A stretch of DNA of 62,916 nucleotides, counting the filler, from Malassezia furfur (taxonomy: Eukaryota): NCBI GenBank assembly GCA_052055015.1. It is 38 parts of 38 records of this genome, joined end to end, with 100 filler letters (N's around TTAATTAATTAA, not from the genome) between each part and the next. Parts side by side here need not be neighbours in the genome. Positions count along the whole stretch, not along the records: positions 10,297 to 11,905 come from JBQJIT010001103.1; positions 12,006 to 13,614 come from JBQJIT010001104.1; positions 13,715 to 15,313 come from JBQJIT010001105.1; positions 15,414 to 17,008 come from JBQJIT010001106.1; positions 17,109 to 18,702 come from JBQJIT010001107.1; positions 18,803 to 20,389 come from JBQJIT010001108.1; positions 20,490 to 22,071 come from JBQJIT010001109.1; 31 more parts are not named here. One strand, written 5' to 3'. Each line of letters opens with the position of its first letter. Position 1 is the stretch's first letter. The position numbers were made by a program, and so were the translations under genes. The notes beneath the pieces were generated by a model. The model saw nothing but the letters and a program-made list of their open reading frames with translations. It was not told the DNA's origin and searched no databases. Shown one piece after another: positions 10,424 through 22,171 of the stretch.

Positions 10424-11905
10424 AGGGCGGCGGCGACGCGCCGGGGGCCTCGGTGGACGGCGTGCCGGCGCTCGGTGCGTCAGCCGGCTGGTGCGTGCCG
10501 AGCAGCATGGTGCGCAGCGTGGTCTGGTCGCGCTTCTGCCGGATGCGGTCCACCTCGCGGTGCCCGCCGGTCTTGCGCAGGGCGTTGCCGTCGACGAACC
10601 CCGCGAGCTCCGAGGCGAACTCGTCCTTGTGCCCCGCGCGAGCCTTCTCGCGCGAGCGCTCGGCGGCCTGCAGCGCACGCAGCCGGCGCTCGTGGTCGAT
10701 CGACTGGCCGCGCACCTCGATCATCACCGTGCCGATCCCCTCGTGCTCCTCGTCGGGCGGTGGCGGGACAAAGCGCGGCGCACGCGGCGCGCCCGGCTCG
10801 GCGGCGCCGGACGCGCCGAGCGTGCGCAGCTTGACGACCTGCTGGATGTTGGCAAACACCTCCTGCAGTGCCTTGTGGTCCTGCTGCAGGTCGGCGAGCA
10901 GGCCCTCTTGGTAGTTGAGAAACTCTTGCTCGTCCACGATGTTCTGCAGCTCGGCCTCCCACGTCTTCTTCCAGCCGGGCTTGACGCTCTGCACAAACTG
11001 CTCCAGCTCGTCGAGGCGCCGCGTGGTGCTTGCGATCTCACCGGCGATGCGCCGCAGCTCGGCAGGCTTCGGCTTCACGCCGCGGTGGCTCACGTCCAGC
11101 TTGAGGTCCTCGACGAGGTCCTGCAGGTCCTCGACCGTCGTCAGCACCTCCTGCGACCGCGCGTCGAGCTTGCCCTTGCCCGACTCAATTAGGTTGCGCC
11201 CCGCGCTCGGGCCCAGCGCGGTGATGTGCTCCATCTCACGCACCTGCTCGCGCACCTGCGCAAACACCGCGCGCATCTCCTGTTCCGAGTCGCCATGCAC
11301 CTGCCGCAGGATCGCAAAGTCGCTCCGCAGTTTCTGCAGCGCCTCGTAGTGCGTCTTGAGCTCGCGCGCGACACGCGCGCCGTCCGCGTCGCCCGCTGCC
11401 GCGCCTTGCGTAAGCACCGGCGTGCCGACGTACGCCGACATGCGGTTGCCCGCCGCACGGAACGCCGCGTCGGCGATCGGCGTCGCCTTGGCGCTCGTGC
11501 GCGCGGTCTCTTGCGCCCCGTGCACCTCGCGCAGCAGCTGCTTCAGCTCGCGCAGCTCGCGCACGACGCTCGTCATCGACAAATCCACGTGCTGCTTCAC
11601 CTGGTCGAGCGGCTCAATGTTGAGCGTCAGCACGCTGCGGTCCTGCACGTCGTCCAAGTCCTCCAGCTGGTACGCCACACCGCTCTGCGGGTCCTGGATG
11701 TAGATCGGCGGGAAGTTGTCCATCCCGGGCGAGTACGCAAACTGGTCCACAAACAGCATCCGCAGCCGCGCCACCGTCAGCCCACGCGCGGGCTCCGCGG
11801 GGTCAATGGCCACCGACACCTTGCGCGTCTGCCGCCCGAGCTGCACAAACAAGTCGAGCGCATTGCGCGCGGGTGCCGTGGCGGCTGGCGCAGGCGCAGG
11901 CGCCG
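10416..11905 (-). CDS. BUD6: Actin-interacting protein Bud6/Aip3, C-terminal domain
   Basis: LFVQLGRQTRKV, LRMLFVDQFAYSPG..FPPIYIQDP, KPGWKKTWEAELQNIVDEQEFL, HERRLRALQAAE. Confidence 0.93.
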
Positions 11906-12005
11906 NNNNNNNNNNNNNNNNNNNNNNNNNNNNNNNNNNNNNNNNNNNNTTAATTAATTAANNNNNNNNNNNNNNNNNNNNNNNNNNNNNNNNNNNNNNN
12001 NNNNN

Positions 12006-13559
12006 GTGGCGACCGACTCGCGCACGCTGCGTGCGCGCTGCGACGCTGCGCCGCGCCCCGACGCGACCGACGTGCCGCTGCGCTGGCGCACGCGCTCGAC
12101 GACCTGCGCGGCCTGCGCGTCGTCGTGGATCGACTCGAGGCGCACGGTCGCGACCGACGCGCGGAACAGCAGCACGCACCCCGGCAGCAGCGCCACGAGC
12201 GTCGCGCCGAGGCTCAGCTTGGCGAGCGCCGCGACGCTCAGCGCGCGGTGCACCTTGTACCGCCCGACGGGGAGCATGCCGAGCGCGCACCACACATTCG
12301 CTACCTTGTCCTCGAACAGGCCGCGCGCCAGCGGGAAGATGCGCACGAGGCACTGCCGCAGGCTGCGCGCGTCCTGCACCCACGGCAGGAACACCACGAG
12401 GAACACCGCCGTGGTCGCCGCCGCGAGGCCGCCGAGCAGCCACACGCCGCGCGCGGGGTGCGCCGTGCGCATCAGCCCGACGCACCGCCCGAGCATGATG
12501 GCAAACACGGCGGGCGCATAGTACAGCGCCATCTGCTTGAAGCACAGACTCAGCGAGAAGAACACGGCCGCCAGCACGTACTCGTAGCTGATCTGCCGGC
12601 TGAGCGAGTCGAGCAGCAGGCGCTGCACGCCAGCGTCGCCGGGCGCGGCGCCTGCGGCACTGACGTGCACGTTCGGCAGCTTGGAGTAGAGCAGCGCAAA
12701 GCTCAGCGTGCTCAGTCCGAGCATCACGCTGTTGTACTGGAAGTGGCCGTGGTCGACGAGCAGCAGCGCGGGCTGCAGCAGCACCGTGTACCGCGCCACG
12801 TCGCGCGCGCGCGTGCTGCGCCCTGCGAGCCGCCGGTCGAGGAACACACGCACCGCCGGGACGTAGATGAGCGCCTCGAGCGCCCACACCGACGCGCGCA
12901 GGAACACGACGAGCGCGGGCGACTCGGCGCCGCGCGAGGTGCCCAGCGCAAAGCTCGGGCGCAGCACCGCAAAGCGCGTCGCGATCCAGCCGCACGCCCA
13001 GCTCACCCACGCGGTCAGGGGGGGGTAGTCGAGGCCCCAGTACGGCAGGTCGTACGTGTACCACTCGCGCGGCGGCAGGTGCAGCGTCAGCTCCATCCAG
13101 TGCCGCTGCGCCTCCAGATCGCCGTGCATCGGCGGCGTCGCGCGCCCGCTGTACCCGCCCAGCGCCACGAGCGCCTTGACGAGCAGCAGCGCGCCGAATC
13201 CGAGCCACCCCACCGCCCACGCGAGGTCCTCGTCCCCGAGCCACCGCAGCACGTTGCGCAGCGACAGCGGTGCGCCCTCGCCCGTGGGCGCATGCGCATG
13301 GCGCTCGCGCCAGTGCGCGACGCGTTCCCACGTCTTGGCCGCGTCCGGTCCAGCGTCGGCAAGCAGCGACGCAGACTCGGTGCGGCCCGGCCACAGCAGG
13401 CGCGACGACGAGCTGAGCGCCTTGGCACTCAGCACCTCGGTGCGGTCCGCACGCGAGATGCGCTCGCGCACCGACGCCGTGTCGTCGGCGCGGTGCCGGT
13501 GAGATGCGGCGCTCGGCGCGCGTTCCTGGCGCGTGCGGCCTGAGCGCGAGGCGGGCGCG
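12006..13559 (-). CDS. ALG6: Dolichyl-P-Glc alpha-1,3-glucosyltransferase, partial
   Basis: PPMHGDLEAQRHWME, WGLDYPPLTAW, DHGHFQYN, FKQMALYY, RIFPLARGLFEDKVANVWC. Confidence 0.95.
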
Positions 13560-13614
13560 GCAGGCGCGACGACGAGCTGAGCGCCTTGGCACTCAGCACC
13601 TCGGTGCGGTCCGC
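13560..13614. repeat. 55-bp exact copy of 13396-13450 at contig end (assembly artefact)
   Basis: GCAGGCGCGACGACGAG..GGTGCGGTCCGC occurs at both positions. Confidence 0.9.
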
Positions 13615-13714
13615 NNNNNNNNNNNNNNNNNNNNNNNNNNNNNNNNNNNNNNNNNNNNTTAATTAATTAANNNNNNNNNNNNNNNNNNNNNNNNNNNNNN
13701 NNNNNNNNNNNNNN

Positions 13715-14054
13715 TGCCCACCGCCTTGTCATGGTCGACGTACTTGCCAAACGACCACTCGTCGATCACACGGTCATCGCCGGTGCTCGCGTACACCGAG
13801 GGCGTGATAAAGTCCTCGATCACGAGCCAGCCACCGAGACTCACACCACGCATCTTTTGCTGGTTGTACGGGAAGCGCAGGTTGAGCGACTCGGCGCGCG
13901 GAAGGTGCAAGCGCTCCATACGCTTCACAACGGGGGCGCCGTTGCTGCGCTGCACATGGGGAAGCGACGCGAGGCTGTCGTTGGTGCCGCCAGCAGACAC
14001 CACCACGGCCAGCGTGCAGGAAACGAGTGTCACAAACGCGCTCTTGACCAGCAT
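13715..14054 (-). CDS. Secreted GH5 exo-beta-1,3-glucanase, N-terminus
   Basis: Signal peptide MLVKSAFVTLVSC; KMRGVSLGGWLVIEDFITPS..VIDEWSF. Confidence 0.9.
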
Positions 14055-14312
14055 GGAGAAAAGAATGTGTCGGTAGGAAAGAGAGTGGAAGGCCAAGCCA
14101 ACAAAATACGCGTCGGGTGGTGGGAGGGCGACAAAGCGGCGCGGGTGCGTGCCGGCGCGCCAAGGGCGCGTCGCGCGCCCTCATCGGATCCGCGCCTGCA
14201 TTGGCACGCGCACGCGGCAAAAAGGGGGCGGCGCGTGCAGATCCCTGCATGATCATGTGACGCGCGTCGATCGTCAGGTGGAGGCGCGATCGACGCGCCC
14301 CCACTCCTACGC

Positions 14313-15313
14313 ATGGTGGGGCGGAGCGTCGCGGCGGTGGTTGCGCTCGTAGCGAGCGCACTTAGCGCGTACGCGGCCGCGCCGGGCACCGTCAAAGTGA
14401 CGCCCGGCTCCAACTCGGCACCACGGTTTGCCGAGCTGCCTGCCGGCCTGACGTGCGTCTCGCCGCTCGCCAAGGCGCTGCAGCAGCTCGACACGTCCCA
14501 GCCCCCCTCCTCGCACGCGGCCGTGGGGAGCACCACACTCCACGACCCACGCAATACCCTGATTGGCGATGAAATCCTTGTGTGCGAGCTACCATGGAAC
14601 AGCGCCGCGGCCGCACGCGCGGGGGGGGACAGTATGCACCGCGTCTACGCCGTGCTCGGCACCGTGCTCGTCCCGGACGCACAGGCACCGCCGCAGACGC
14701 AGGAGCTCGAAAGTAGCACGATGCTCGAGCGTGTGGTCCCGCAAATGCCGGCGCAGCTTGCGGATACAACGCGCGACCCTTTGCTCTCGTTCGCCGAGTG
14801 GAAGGAGCAGCACCTTGAACATGAGCGGCAGGAGCGCGCGCGGTCCAAGCAGCGCGACAAGCAGCGCCACCACACGCGCAATGACAAGCACACGGACGCG
14901 GGTGCTGGCGCGACGCAGGATGCGCACCTTCTCGCACAAGTTGCCGAGGAACTCGGCGCGGCGTCCGACGCTGCGCGGTCGGCGGCCGCGGCGCCTCCGC
15001 CGTTTGTCGAACAAGCCTCGCGCGGCGCAGCGCGGCGCAGCACCGAGACACCGGTGGTTTCGGACGCGGGTGCGGCTCCCCACACAGCCGCAGCGACGGC
15101 GTCGGGGTCGGGCAGTGCCGCGACCACTGGCGCTCCGGCGCGCACCGATGCGTCGACGGCGACGCCTGACGCCTCGGCGTCGCCCGCGCCGCCGCCTGTG
15201 CCGCCGCCGCCCGCGCCGCCCGTCGTGACGGCCGTGGAGAATGCGTCCGAGGCGCTTGCGCGGCTCAAGCACCGCTGGAACTATGCGTCGCTCGACTGTG
15301 CGGCGGTGCTGCA
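14313..15313 (+). CDS. SLP1: SUN-like (Slp1/SUCO) protein, N-terminal part
   Basis: Signal peptide; LLSFAEWKEQ and KHRWNYASLDCAAVL at the start of the SUN domain. Confidence 0.8.
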
Positions 15314-15563
15314 NNNNNNNNNNNNNNNNNNNNNNNNNNNNNNNNNNNNNNNNNNNNTTAATTAATTAANNNNNNNNNNNNNNNNNNNNNNNNNNNNNNN
15401 NNNNNNNNNNNNNGGAGCCATGGCGAATGCAGTGGGTAGCTCGTACAGAAGAAAGAGGCGCCCGGCGCTGGCGCACCGTGATTTCGCGGCGCCCGCCGCG
15501 TGCGGTCAGCGGTGAATCACGTGTACTATATAGTTTTTCCACGTGTGGAGGTCTACGGCGTGC

Positions 15564-16991
15564 CTAGCCCAGGATCTTGGTGACGATGCCCGTGCCGATC
15601 GTCTTGCCGCCCTCGCGCAGGGTGAAGCGCGAGCCCTCCTCGAGGGCGATGTCGTGCACCAGGTCGCACACCAGCTCGACGTTGTCGCCGGGCATCACCA
15701 TCGCCTCCTCGGCGTTTTCCGTGCCCGGCGGGTGCGTCAGCGACACGGTGACGTCCGACGTGCGGATGAACAGCTGCGGACGGTACTGCGTCAGTAGGGA
15801 ATACGTACATTGTTCATGAACGGCGTGTAGCGGCCGCCCTCCTCCTTGGTCAGGATGTAGCACTGCGCCATAAACTTCTTCACCGGCTTCACCGAGCCCG
15901 GCACAATCACCACCTGCCCACGGCGCACCTGCTCGCGCTTCACACCACGCAGCAGCGCACCCATGTTGTCGCCGGCCTCGCCGCGGTCGAGCTCCTTGTG
16001 GAACATCTCGATACCGGTGAGCGTCGTCTTCAGCTGGTTGCCCAGGCCGATGATCTCAATCTCGGAGCCTTTGGTGATCGTGCCGCGCTCCACGCGGCCC
16101 GTCACCACCGTACCACGGCCCGAGATCGAGAAGACGTCCTCCACGGGCATCAGGAAGGGCTTGTCGAGGTCGCGCGGCGGCAGGTCGAGCCACGCGTCCG
16201 TCTCGGCCATGAGCTTCAGGATGGCGTTGCGGCCCGTCTCCTCGTCGCGGCCCTCGAGCGCCGCGAGCGCCGAGCCGAACACGATCGGCGTGTTGTCGCC
16301 GTCGAAGCCGTAGGTCGAGAGCAGCTCGCGCATCTCCATGTCGACGAGCTCGAGCATCTCCTTGTCGTCCACCTGGTCGACCTTGTTGACGAACACGACG
16401 AGCTTCTTGATGCCCACCTGGCGCGCCAGCAGCAGGTGCTCACGCGTCTGCGGCATCTGCCCGTCGGTCGCCGACACCACAATGATCGCACCGTCCATCT
16501 GCGCGGCGCCGGTGATCATGTTGCGGATGTAGTCGGCGTGGCCGGGGCAGTCGACGTGCGCGTAGTGGCGGCCGTCCGTCTCGTACTCGACGTGCGCCGT
16601 CGAAATGGTGATGCCACGCGCCTTCTCCTCGGGCGCCTTGTCGATCGACGCATAGTCCACAAACTTGCCCGAGCCGGAGTTCTCGTGCAGCACCTTGGTG
16701 ATCGCCGCCGTCAGCGTCGTCTTGCCGTGGTCAACGTGGCCGATCGTGCCGATGTTCATGTGCGGCTTGGTGCGCACAAACTTGCCCGAGTCGGTGGCGT
16801 ACGCACGCAGGGCGCCCAGCACGCGCGAGCGCAGCAGCGGACGCACCGGCGCACGCGGCGCACGCGGCGCGTGCGTGTGCTGGGCACGCACCAGCGCCGG
16901 CGCAGCGGCGCGCGCCGGTGCGTCCGCTGCTGCGCAGACCAGGCGCCGCGGGACGCAGCGCACGCAGGGGGACAGCACGAGCGACACTCAT
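15564..16991 (-). CDS. TUF1: Mitochondrial elongation factor Tu; 23-nt intron; apparent frame break in presequence
   Basis: [57 protein letters not shown]. Confidence 0.97.
15786..15808 (-). other. Spliceosomal intron, 23 nt
   Basis: GTACGTATTCCCTACTGACGCAG; contains in-frame TGA; removal restores PFMNNYRPQ. Confidence 0.96.
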
Positions 16992-17108
16992 CGTTGGAAA
17001 AAGGTACCNNNNNNNNNNNNNNNNNNNNNNNNNNNNNNNNNNNNNNNNNNNNTTAATTAATTAANNNNNNNNNNNNNNNNNNNNNNNNNNNNNNNNNNNN
17101 NNNNNNNN

Positions 17109-18702
17109 CGAGGTGCGGGGCCGAGGGTCGGGCGTGGCGTCCTTGGGCTCCTCCACGCCCAGGCAGCGGTCCATGTGCCGGTTGATCTGCTCGCTGCGCT
17201 GCACCTCGCTCGCACCCGGCTCGACGTGGATCGGCTGGCTGCACACCGGGCACATGTGCACCGGCGCGGCCTGCAGCCATCGCTCGAGCGGCGACGCGTC
17301 GTGCGCACCGACGTCGACGAGCGCCGACGCACGGACGCCTAGCAGGCGGAGCGTGAGTGGGCGGTGCCGCGCGGCGGCCGCCTCGTGCTCCTGTGCCAGC
17401 AGCGAGCGCCCGAGTGCGTACAGCTCGTCGAACGTCGCGACGCTGCGCGGCGCAAGGCTGAGCTGCCGCGTGAACCGCGCAAAGGTGTCGTGCTTGCCGA
17501 CCAGCGCAACGGTGCGCGCGCGGAAGTCGAGGCGCGCGAGGTCCGCGGCGAGCTGCATGCACGTCTGCCGCAGCTGTGCGTCGAGGGCGTCCGGCTGCGC
17601 GGTCGGCGCAAAGGTGTTTTCGCGCCCGACCGACTTGCGCTCCGTGCGCTCCGGGCGGTGGAGGCGGCTCGCGCCGATCCCCAGCGCGGCGGCGAGCAGG
17701 AAGGAAAAGTGGTCCATGCACACGCTGAGCTCGCCGCGCCGCTCCCACAGCGCGCCGCACGTCTGCACGTCGAGCGCATCCAGAATGCGCTCGGTGACGT
17801 GCCCGATGCCCGGCACCTTGCGCACGGGCAGCTCGTGCAGGAACGCCAGGATCGCGTTGCGGTTCGGCGGCACGCGGCACTGTCCGTTGGGCTTGTTCCG
17901 GTCCGAGGCGATCTTGGCGAGCAGCGTGTTGGGCGCGATCCCGACGCTGACGGTGAGCCCCGTGGCGCGCTCAACGTCGGCACGCAGCTGGGCGACGAGT
18001 TCCTCGGCGGTGATGCCCTCGCGCTCGAGCACGGGCGTGACGTCCAGGTACGCCTCGTCGAGGCTGCGCGGCACCAGGTCGGAGTCGTAGCGGCGCAGGA
18101 CGCGCATCACCGCCTCGCTTACGGTGCGGTAGCGCGCCATATCCGCGGGCACGACGTGCAGATCAGGGCACAGCGCACGCGCGACAAACTCGGCCATGCC
18201 GCTGCGGACGCCCAGCGTGCGCGCCTCGTAGCTCGCGGTGAGCAGCACGCCGTGGCCCACGGCGAAACGCGTGCCGCGCAGACGGGGGTCGCGCTGGAGC
18301 TCGACGGCCGCGTAAAACATGTCCATGTCGCAGTGCAGCAGCGTGCGCGACAGATCGCGCTCGCCCTCGAGCTGCGCCGCCAGGCGGTCGGCGCGCGCGG
18401 TGAGCTGCGTGCGGGCGTGGGCGGAAAGCGAGGCGAGCGCCTCATCGCGCCGCGCACGCACACGCGCGATGCGCCGCGTCACGGCCTCGTGCCGCGCGCG
18501 CTGGTTCTCGTAGAACTTGGAGCCGCGCGAGACACGGTGGATGGTGTCGGCGATGCGCGCGTCGTCGTCCGGCGCGAGGCCGGCCTTGTGACTCGAGGCT
18601 GCGTGAGGGGCATCGACGTACGTCCGGCCATGCGCTTGCGGAAGCTCGCGTCGTCCTCGGTGGGCGAGCCTGGCCCGCCGGCCTCGGCCGCCGGCGCGGC
18701 CG
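17109..18702 (-). CDS. POLK: DNA polymerase kappa (DinB, Y family) with UBZ finger, partial
   Basis: AGPSSHKAGL..SRGSKFYEN, HCDMDMFYAAVE, SLDEAYLD, LAKIASDRNKPNG, CPVC..NRHMDRCL. Confidence 0.93.
18599..18621 (-). other. Spliceosomal intron, 23 nt
   Basis: GTACGTCGATGCCCCTCACGCAG; removal gives MAGPSSHKAGL. Confidence 0.88.
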
Positions 18703-18802
18703 NNNNNNNNNNNNNNNNNNNNNNNNNNNNNNNNNNNNNNNNNNNNTTAATTAATTAANNNNNNNNNNNNNNNNNNNNNNNNNNNNNNNNNNNNNNNNNN
18801 NN

Positions 18803-20389
18803 CCCAGAATGTCTCGTTGGCGCCGACCTCGTGTACGCCACGACGCTGAAGGTGCGCCAAATCGTGGTCGGCGAGCATCGCGTCCCACGCGGCGCTGCGG
18901 TCGTGTGCGATGGTGCTCTCGGCCACGTCCCACACGGGGTAGGGCAGCTCGAGTGCGCCACGCACGTCGGCCAGGGGGTATTCGGCAAGCACCGTATCGA
19001 GCAGCTCGCGGTCCTGCTCCGCGGTGCGCTGCGACGGGTGCAGCAGCTGCACGAGGTACAACAGTGCGTCGTCGTTGGCGCCCCGCATCTGCGCATGGCG
19101 CACGAGTTTCATGCGGACGTAGTCGGCCAGCGCCGGCCACGGCAGCCGTTCGTAGTACGGCGCAACAAGGTGGTAGCAGCGCAGCGCAAACGCTTTTTGG
19201 CCGCACGCGTCGAACTGCTCGGCGCTCTGCAGCATCGTCGCGGCACTCTTGCGCACGTACGGGTGCGGCATGCACAAAAAGGCCAGCGCCGCGAGCTCAA
19301 GGACTACGCCGCGCAGCACCTCGTCGGTGAACGACGTGGCACGCAAAAAGGCGGCCGCGACATGCGCGCCTTGCTGCCGCTCGCGCTGCAGCGCGCTGTA
19401 CAGGAAGGTGAGGCGCAGCGCGTACAGCCGCCCCGCCGGGTCCTGCAAGTATGCATCGCACGCTGCCGTGAAGAGCGCGGGCGCCTGCGCCTCGCTGCCC
19501 GGCACAAGCAGCCGCGTGAGACATAGCATCTCGGTCGCGGCTGCGCCGTACGACGTCGCGTGGTCCTGCTCGTAGTCGCGGCGCACCGCGTCGTACATCT
19601 CGGCGGCCAGGCGGTAGTCTTGCACGTGAAACGCCAAGTCCGCAAGGCGCCGCGTCTGCGCCGCGAGCGTCGTCGCAGGGTAGGTGCGCCGCTCGCGGTC
19701 GTAGCCTGTGGCAGGCGCCTGGTCTGCCGGTGCGCGCGTGCCGAACCACTTGCGCCCAGCGCCCAGCAGGCGGCCCGTGAGCCCACGGCGCGACGAGCCG
19801 ACCTGCTCGTTGAGCTGCTGCACGCTCCGCTCCATGTACGGCACAAGGCTGCGCACCACAAATTCGCGCAAGAACGCGTGGATGCGCGCGACGTCGTCCT
19901 TGTTCAGCGCACACACTTCAGTGCCGGTCGGCGGCGGCGGCGAGCGCAGGTCGGGCGTATCCCACTCGCGGCGCAACTGTGCGGCGATCCCGGTGTCTGG
20001 CGTTTGTGCCGAGTTGAGAACGAGCAGCGCACACTGCAGGCCGTACGTCTTTTGTACCTCTTCGAGCAGCGCCTCGGACCGTGCGCGGTCGGCGTGCGGG
20101 TCGGCGGCATCGTGCACGACAACGTACGTGCGCAGCAGATCGGACTCAAGGTGTGGCTGCGTGCGAAAGACGTCGCTCGTGCGTGACGCATCGTACAGCT
20201 GCGCAAATGCATTCATCGGGTCGGGATTGCTCGCCGACACGACGAGCATCAGTGCGAGTGGATGCGAGAACGTGGCAAACGCACTGATGGGACGGTAGCG
20301 GTACAGGTACGACGCAATGTCGTTACACCACGGCGGCGTCTTGCGCACCTGCGCGTCCCAAGCCGCGCGGTCTTCGCCCGGCTCCAGCG
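18803..20389 (-). CDS. TRS85: TRAPP III subunit Trs85/TRAPPC8, internal part
   Basis: FATFSHPLALMLVVS, YVVVHD, FLREFVVRSLVPYME, RRLADLAFHVQDY. Confidence 0.88.
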
Positions 20390-20500
20390 NNNNNNNNNNN
20401 NNNNNNNNNNNNNNNNNNNNNNNNNNNNNNNNNTTAATTAATTAANNNNNNNNNNNNNNNNNNNNNNNNNNNNNNNNNNNNNNNNNNNNGAAGAACGTAC

Positions 20501-20634
20501 CAGCAGAGCGCACCAGCGAGGGCGAAGCGCGCGTACAGGTCAACGCCCGTCGGGGGCTTCTTCTCACCGAGCGCCTCAGCGACCGAGTGCACAGGGTAGG
20601 CAGAGCCGATAAAGTTCTGGGTGTACGACGACAT
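20501..20634 (-). CDS. MIR1: Mitochondrial phosphate carrier, first exon (GTACGT donor at 20500)
   Basis: MSSYTQ..PTGVDLYARFALAGALC followed by donor GTACGTTC. Confidence 0.8.
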
Positions 20635-20974
20635 GCTGATGACGAGTGGTGTAAACGGAGGAAAACTCGGGTTCCGTCTGATACATTTAGCTGAACCGCA
20701 ATCACCACACGGCACGTGCCGGCGGTCTTCGGTGCGGTTGCCGCGCGTCGTTGGTTGGTCTGCGAGTATGTCCGGTTCCGGCCGAGGCCCGCGCCAAACA
20801 AAATAAAAAAAAAAAAAATAGATGAAGACCGCACCGTGTCTCGGCAAAGCGCGTGGGCCAACAGGGTCCCTGCGCCGCGCCCGCGTGCGGTCGAGCCACG
20901 GCGCGGCAGGCGCGCATGCACATTGGCACGAGGCGGTGATGTGGAGCACGGTCCAGGACCGTATGTTTGTTAAG

Positions 20975-22071
20975 CTACATTGGTTGGAGCAACTGCGCAA
21001 GCTCGCCAAGCTCGCCGTGCAAGGCGCTATAGACGTGCTGAACACCTAGCGCCGTAATTGAGTTGCAGATACGCGTAACGAGCTGCAAAAACACGTGCAT
21101 AAGCTCCGCGTCCGTAGCCTCTTCGCGCACCGCAATGATCAGTAGCTCTGGGTTGCGTGCGATGAGCTGCTCGACGATGCGGTTGCGTTCGGCATGGGAA
21201 GGCACCGAGCGCATCTGCATGAGCGAGTGTCCTTCGCTGGGCTCGGGGATGTCGACGGTCGGGAGGCAGACGCCCGACGAGAGTGCCTCGAGGCGCAGGC
21301 ACACGATCCCGAGCTGCTTGACCTGCTCAATGTCGAGTACGTGGCGCGTCGGCTCGTACATGAGCAGCGTCGCATCGTGCGCACGCGCGTGCGACATGAA
21401 TCGGTACCGGCCACTGAGTTGCTTGGGGTATACGAGCGACAGGCGCTCGGGAATCTCGATGCCCTTCAGCCGGCGTTCGCCGACCGAGATGATGCCGAGA
21501 CCGAGTCGGCGCAAGAACACCACGTCGCGCGGCACGGGGTCGACGGCGGGTGCGGTGGCATCGGTGGGCGACAGTTCCATGTCTTCGTACTTCTTCAAGA
21601 GCGACTCGAGCTCGGTGACCACGTCGCGGCTCACGAGGATCTGACCGCCGTCGGCGGCGTTGCTGATTCGGGCGGCACGGTTGACCATCGGCCCGAAGTA
21701 GTCCATGCGGTTGTTTACCGGGTCCACCTCGCACACGGGGAAGCCCCAGTGGACGCCCATGCGCACCGACAGGCCGCGGTAGAGCAGCGTGCCGTCCTCG
21801 TCGTACACGGGGAACCCGTCGTCGCTGTCCAAAATCTCCTGGGGCCAGTCGACGGTGAGCAGGCGCAGCTGTACGGTGAAGCACCAGAGCAGTGCGGCGG
21901 TCACCGAGGGGAAGGACACCATGAACGCATCGCCTTCCGTCTTCGCCTCGTACCCCCCGATGCTGCGCAGCTGGCGGCGGAGGAGCAGGTTGTGGAGGCG
22001 GATCGCCGATTGCATGCCCGGGTTCGTCTCCCAGAGCAGCGTGGAGTGCTTGATGTCGGTGAACACGAGCG
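20975..22071 (-). CDS. CYR1: Adenylate cyclase, catalytic domain and C-terminus
   Basis: VFTDIKHSTLLWE, KTEGDAFMV, GLSVRMGVHWG, RMDYFGPMVNRAARI, GERRLKGIEIPE. Confidence 0.96.
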
Positions 22072-22171
22072 NNNNNNNNNNNNNNNNNNNNNNNNNNNNN
22101 NNNNNNNNNNNNNNNTTAATTAATTAANNNNNNNNNNNNNNNNNNNNNNNNNNNNNNNNNNNNNNNNNNNN

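Noticed and set aside
13560..13614. Direct repeat in the ALG6 5' region
   Set aside because: Same 55-bp contig-end artefact.
15564..18702. EF-Tu, DinB-like polymerase (and bioF, L33) as bacterial or horizontally acquired genes
   Set aside because: TUF1, Pol kappa and MRPL39 have spliceosomal introns and eukaryote-type extensions; bioF has fungal-type motifs and sits beside a eukaryotic CNH-domain gene.
20636..20694. Second box C/D snoRNA (TGATGA..CTGA on + strand)
   Set aside because: It is the antisense of the MIR1 5' UTR next to the ATG; I found no terminal stem or recognisable rRNA guide.
20799..20820. Poly(A) run as a retroelement tail
   Set aside because: It lies in the MIR1 promoter/CYR1 terminator spacer with no target-site duplication or element body; more likely a poly(dA:dT) nucleosome-excluding tract.
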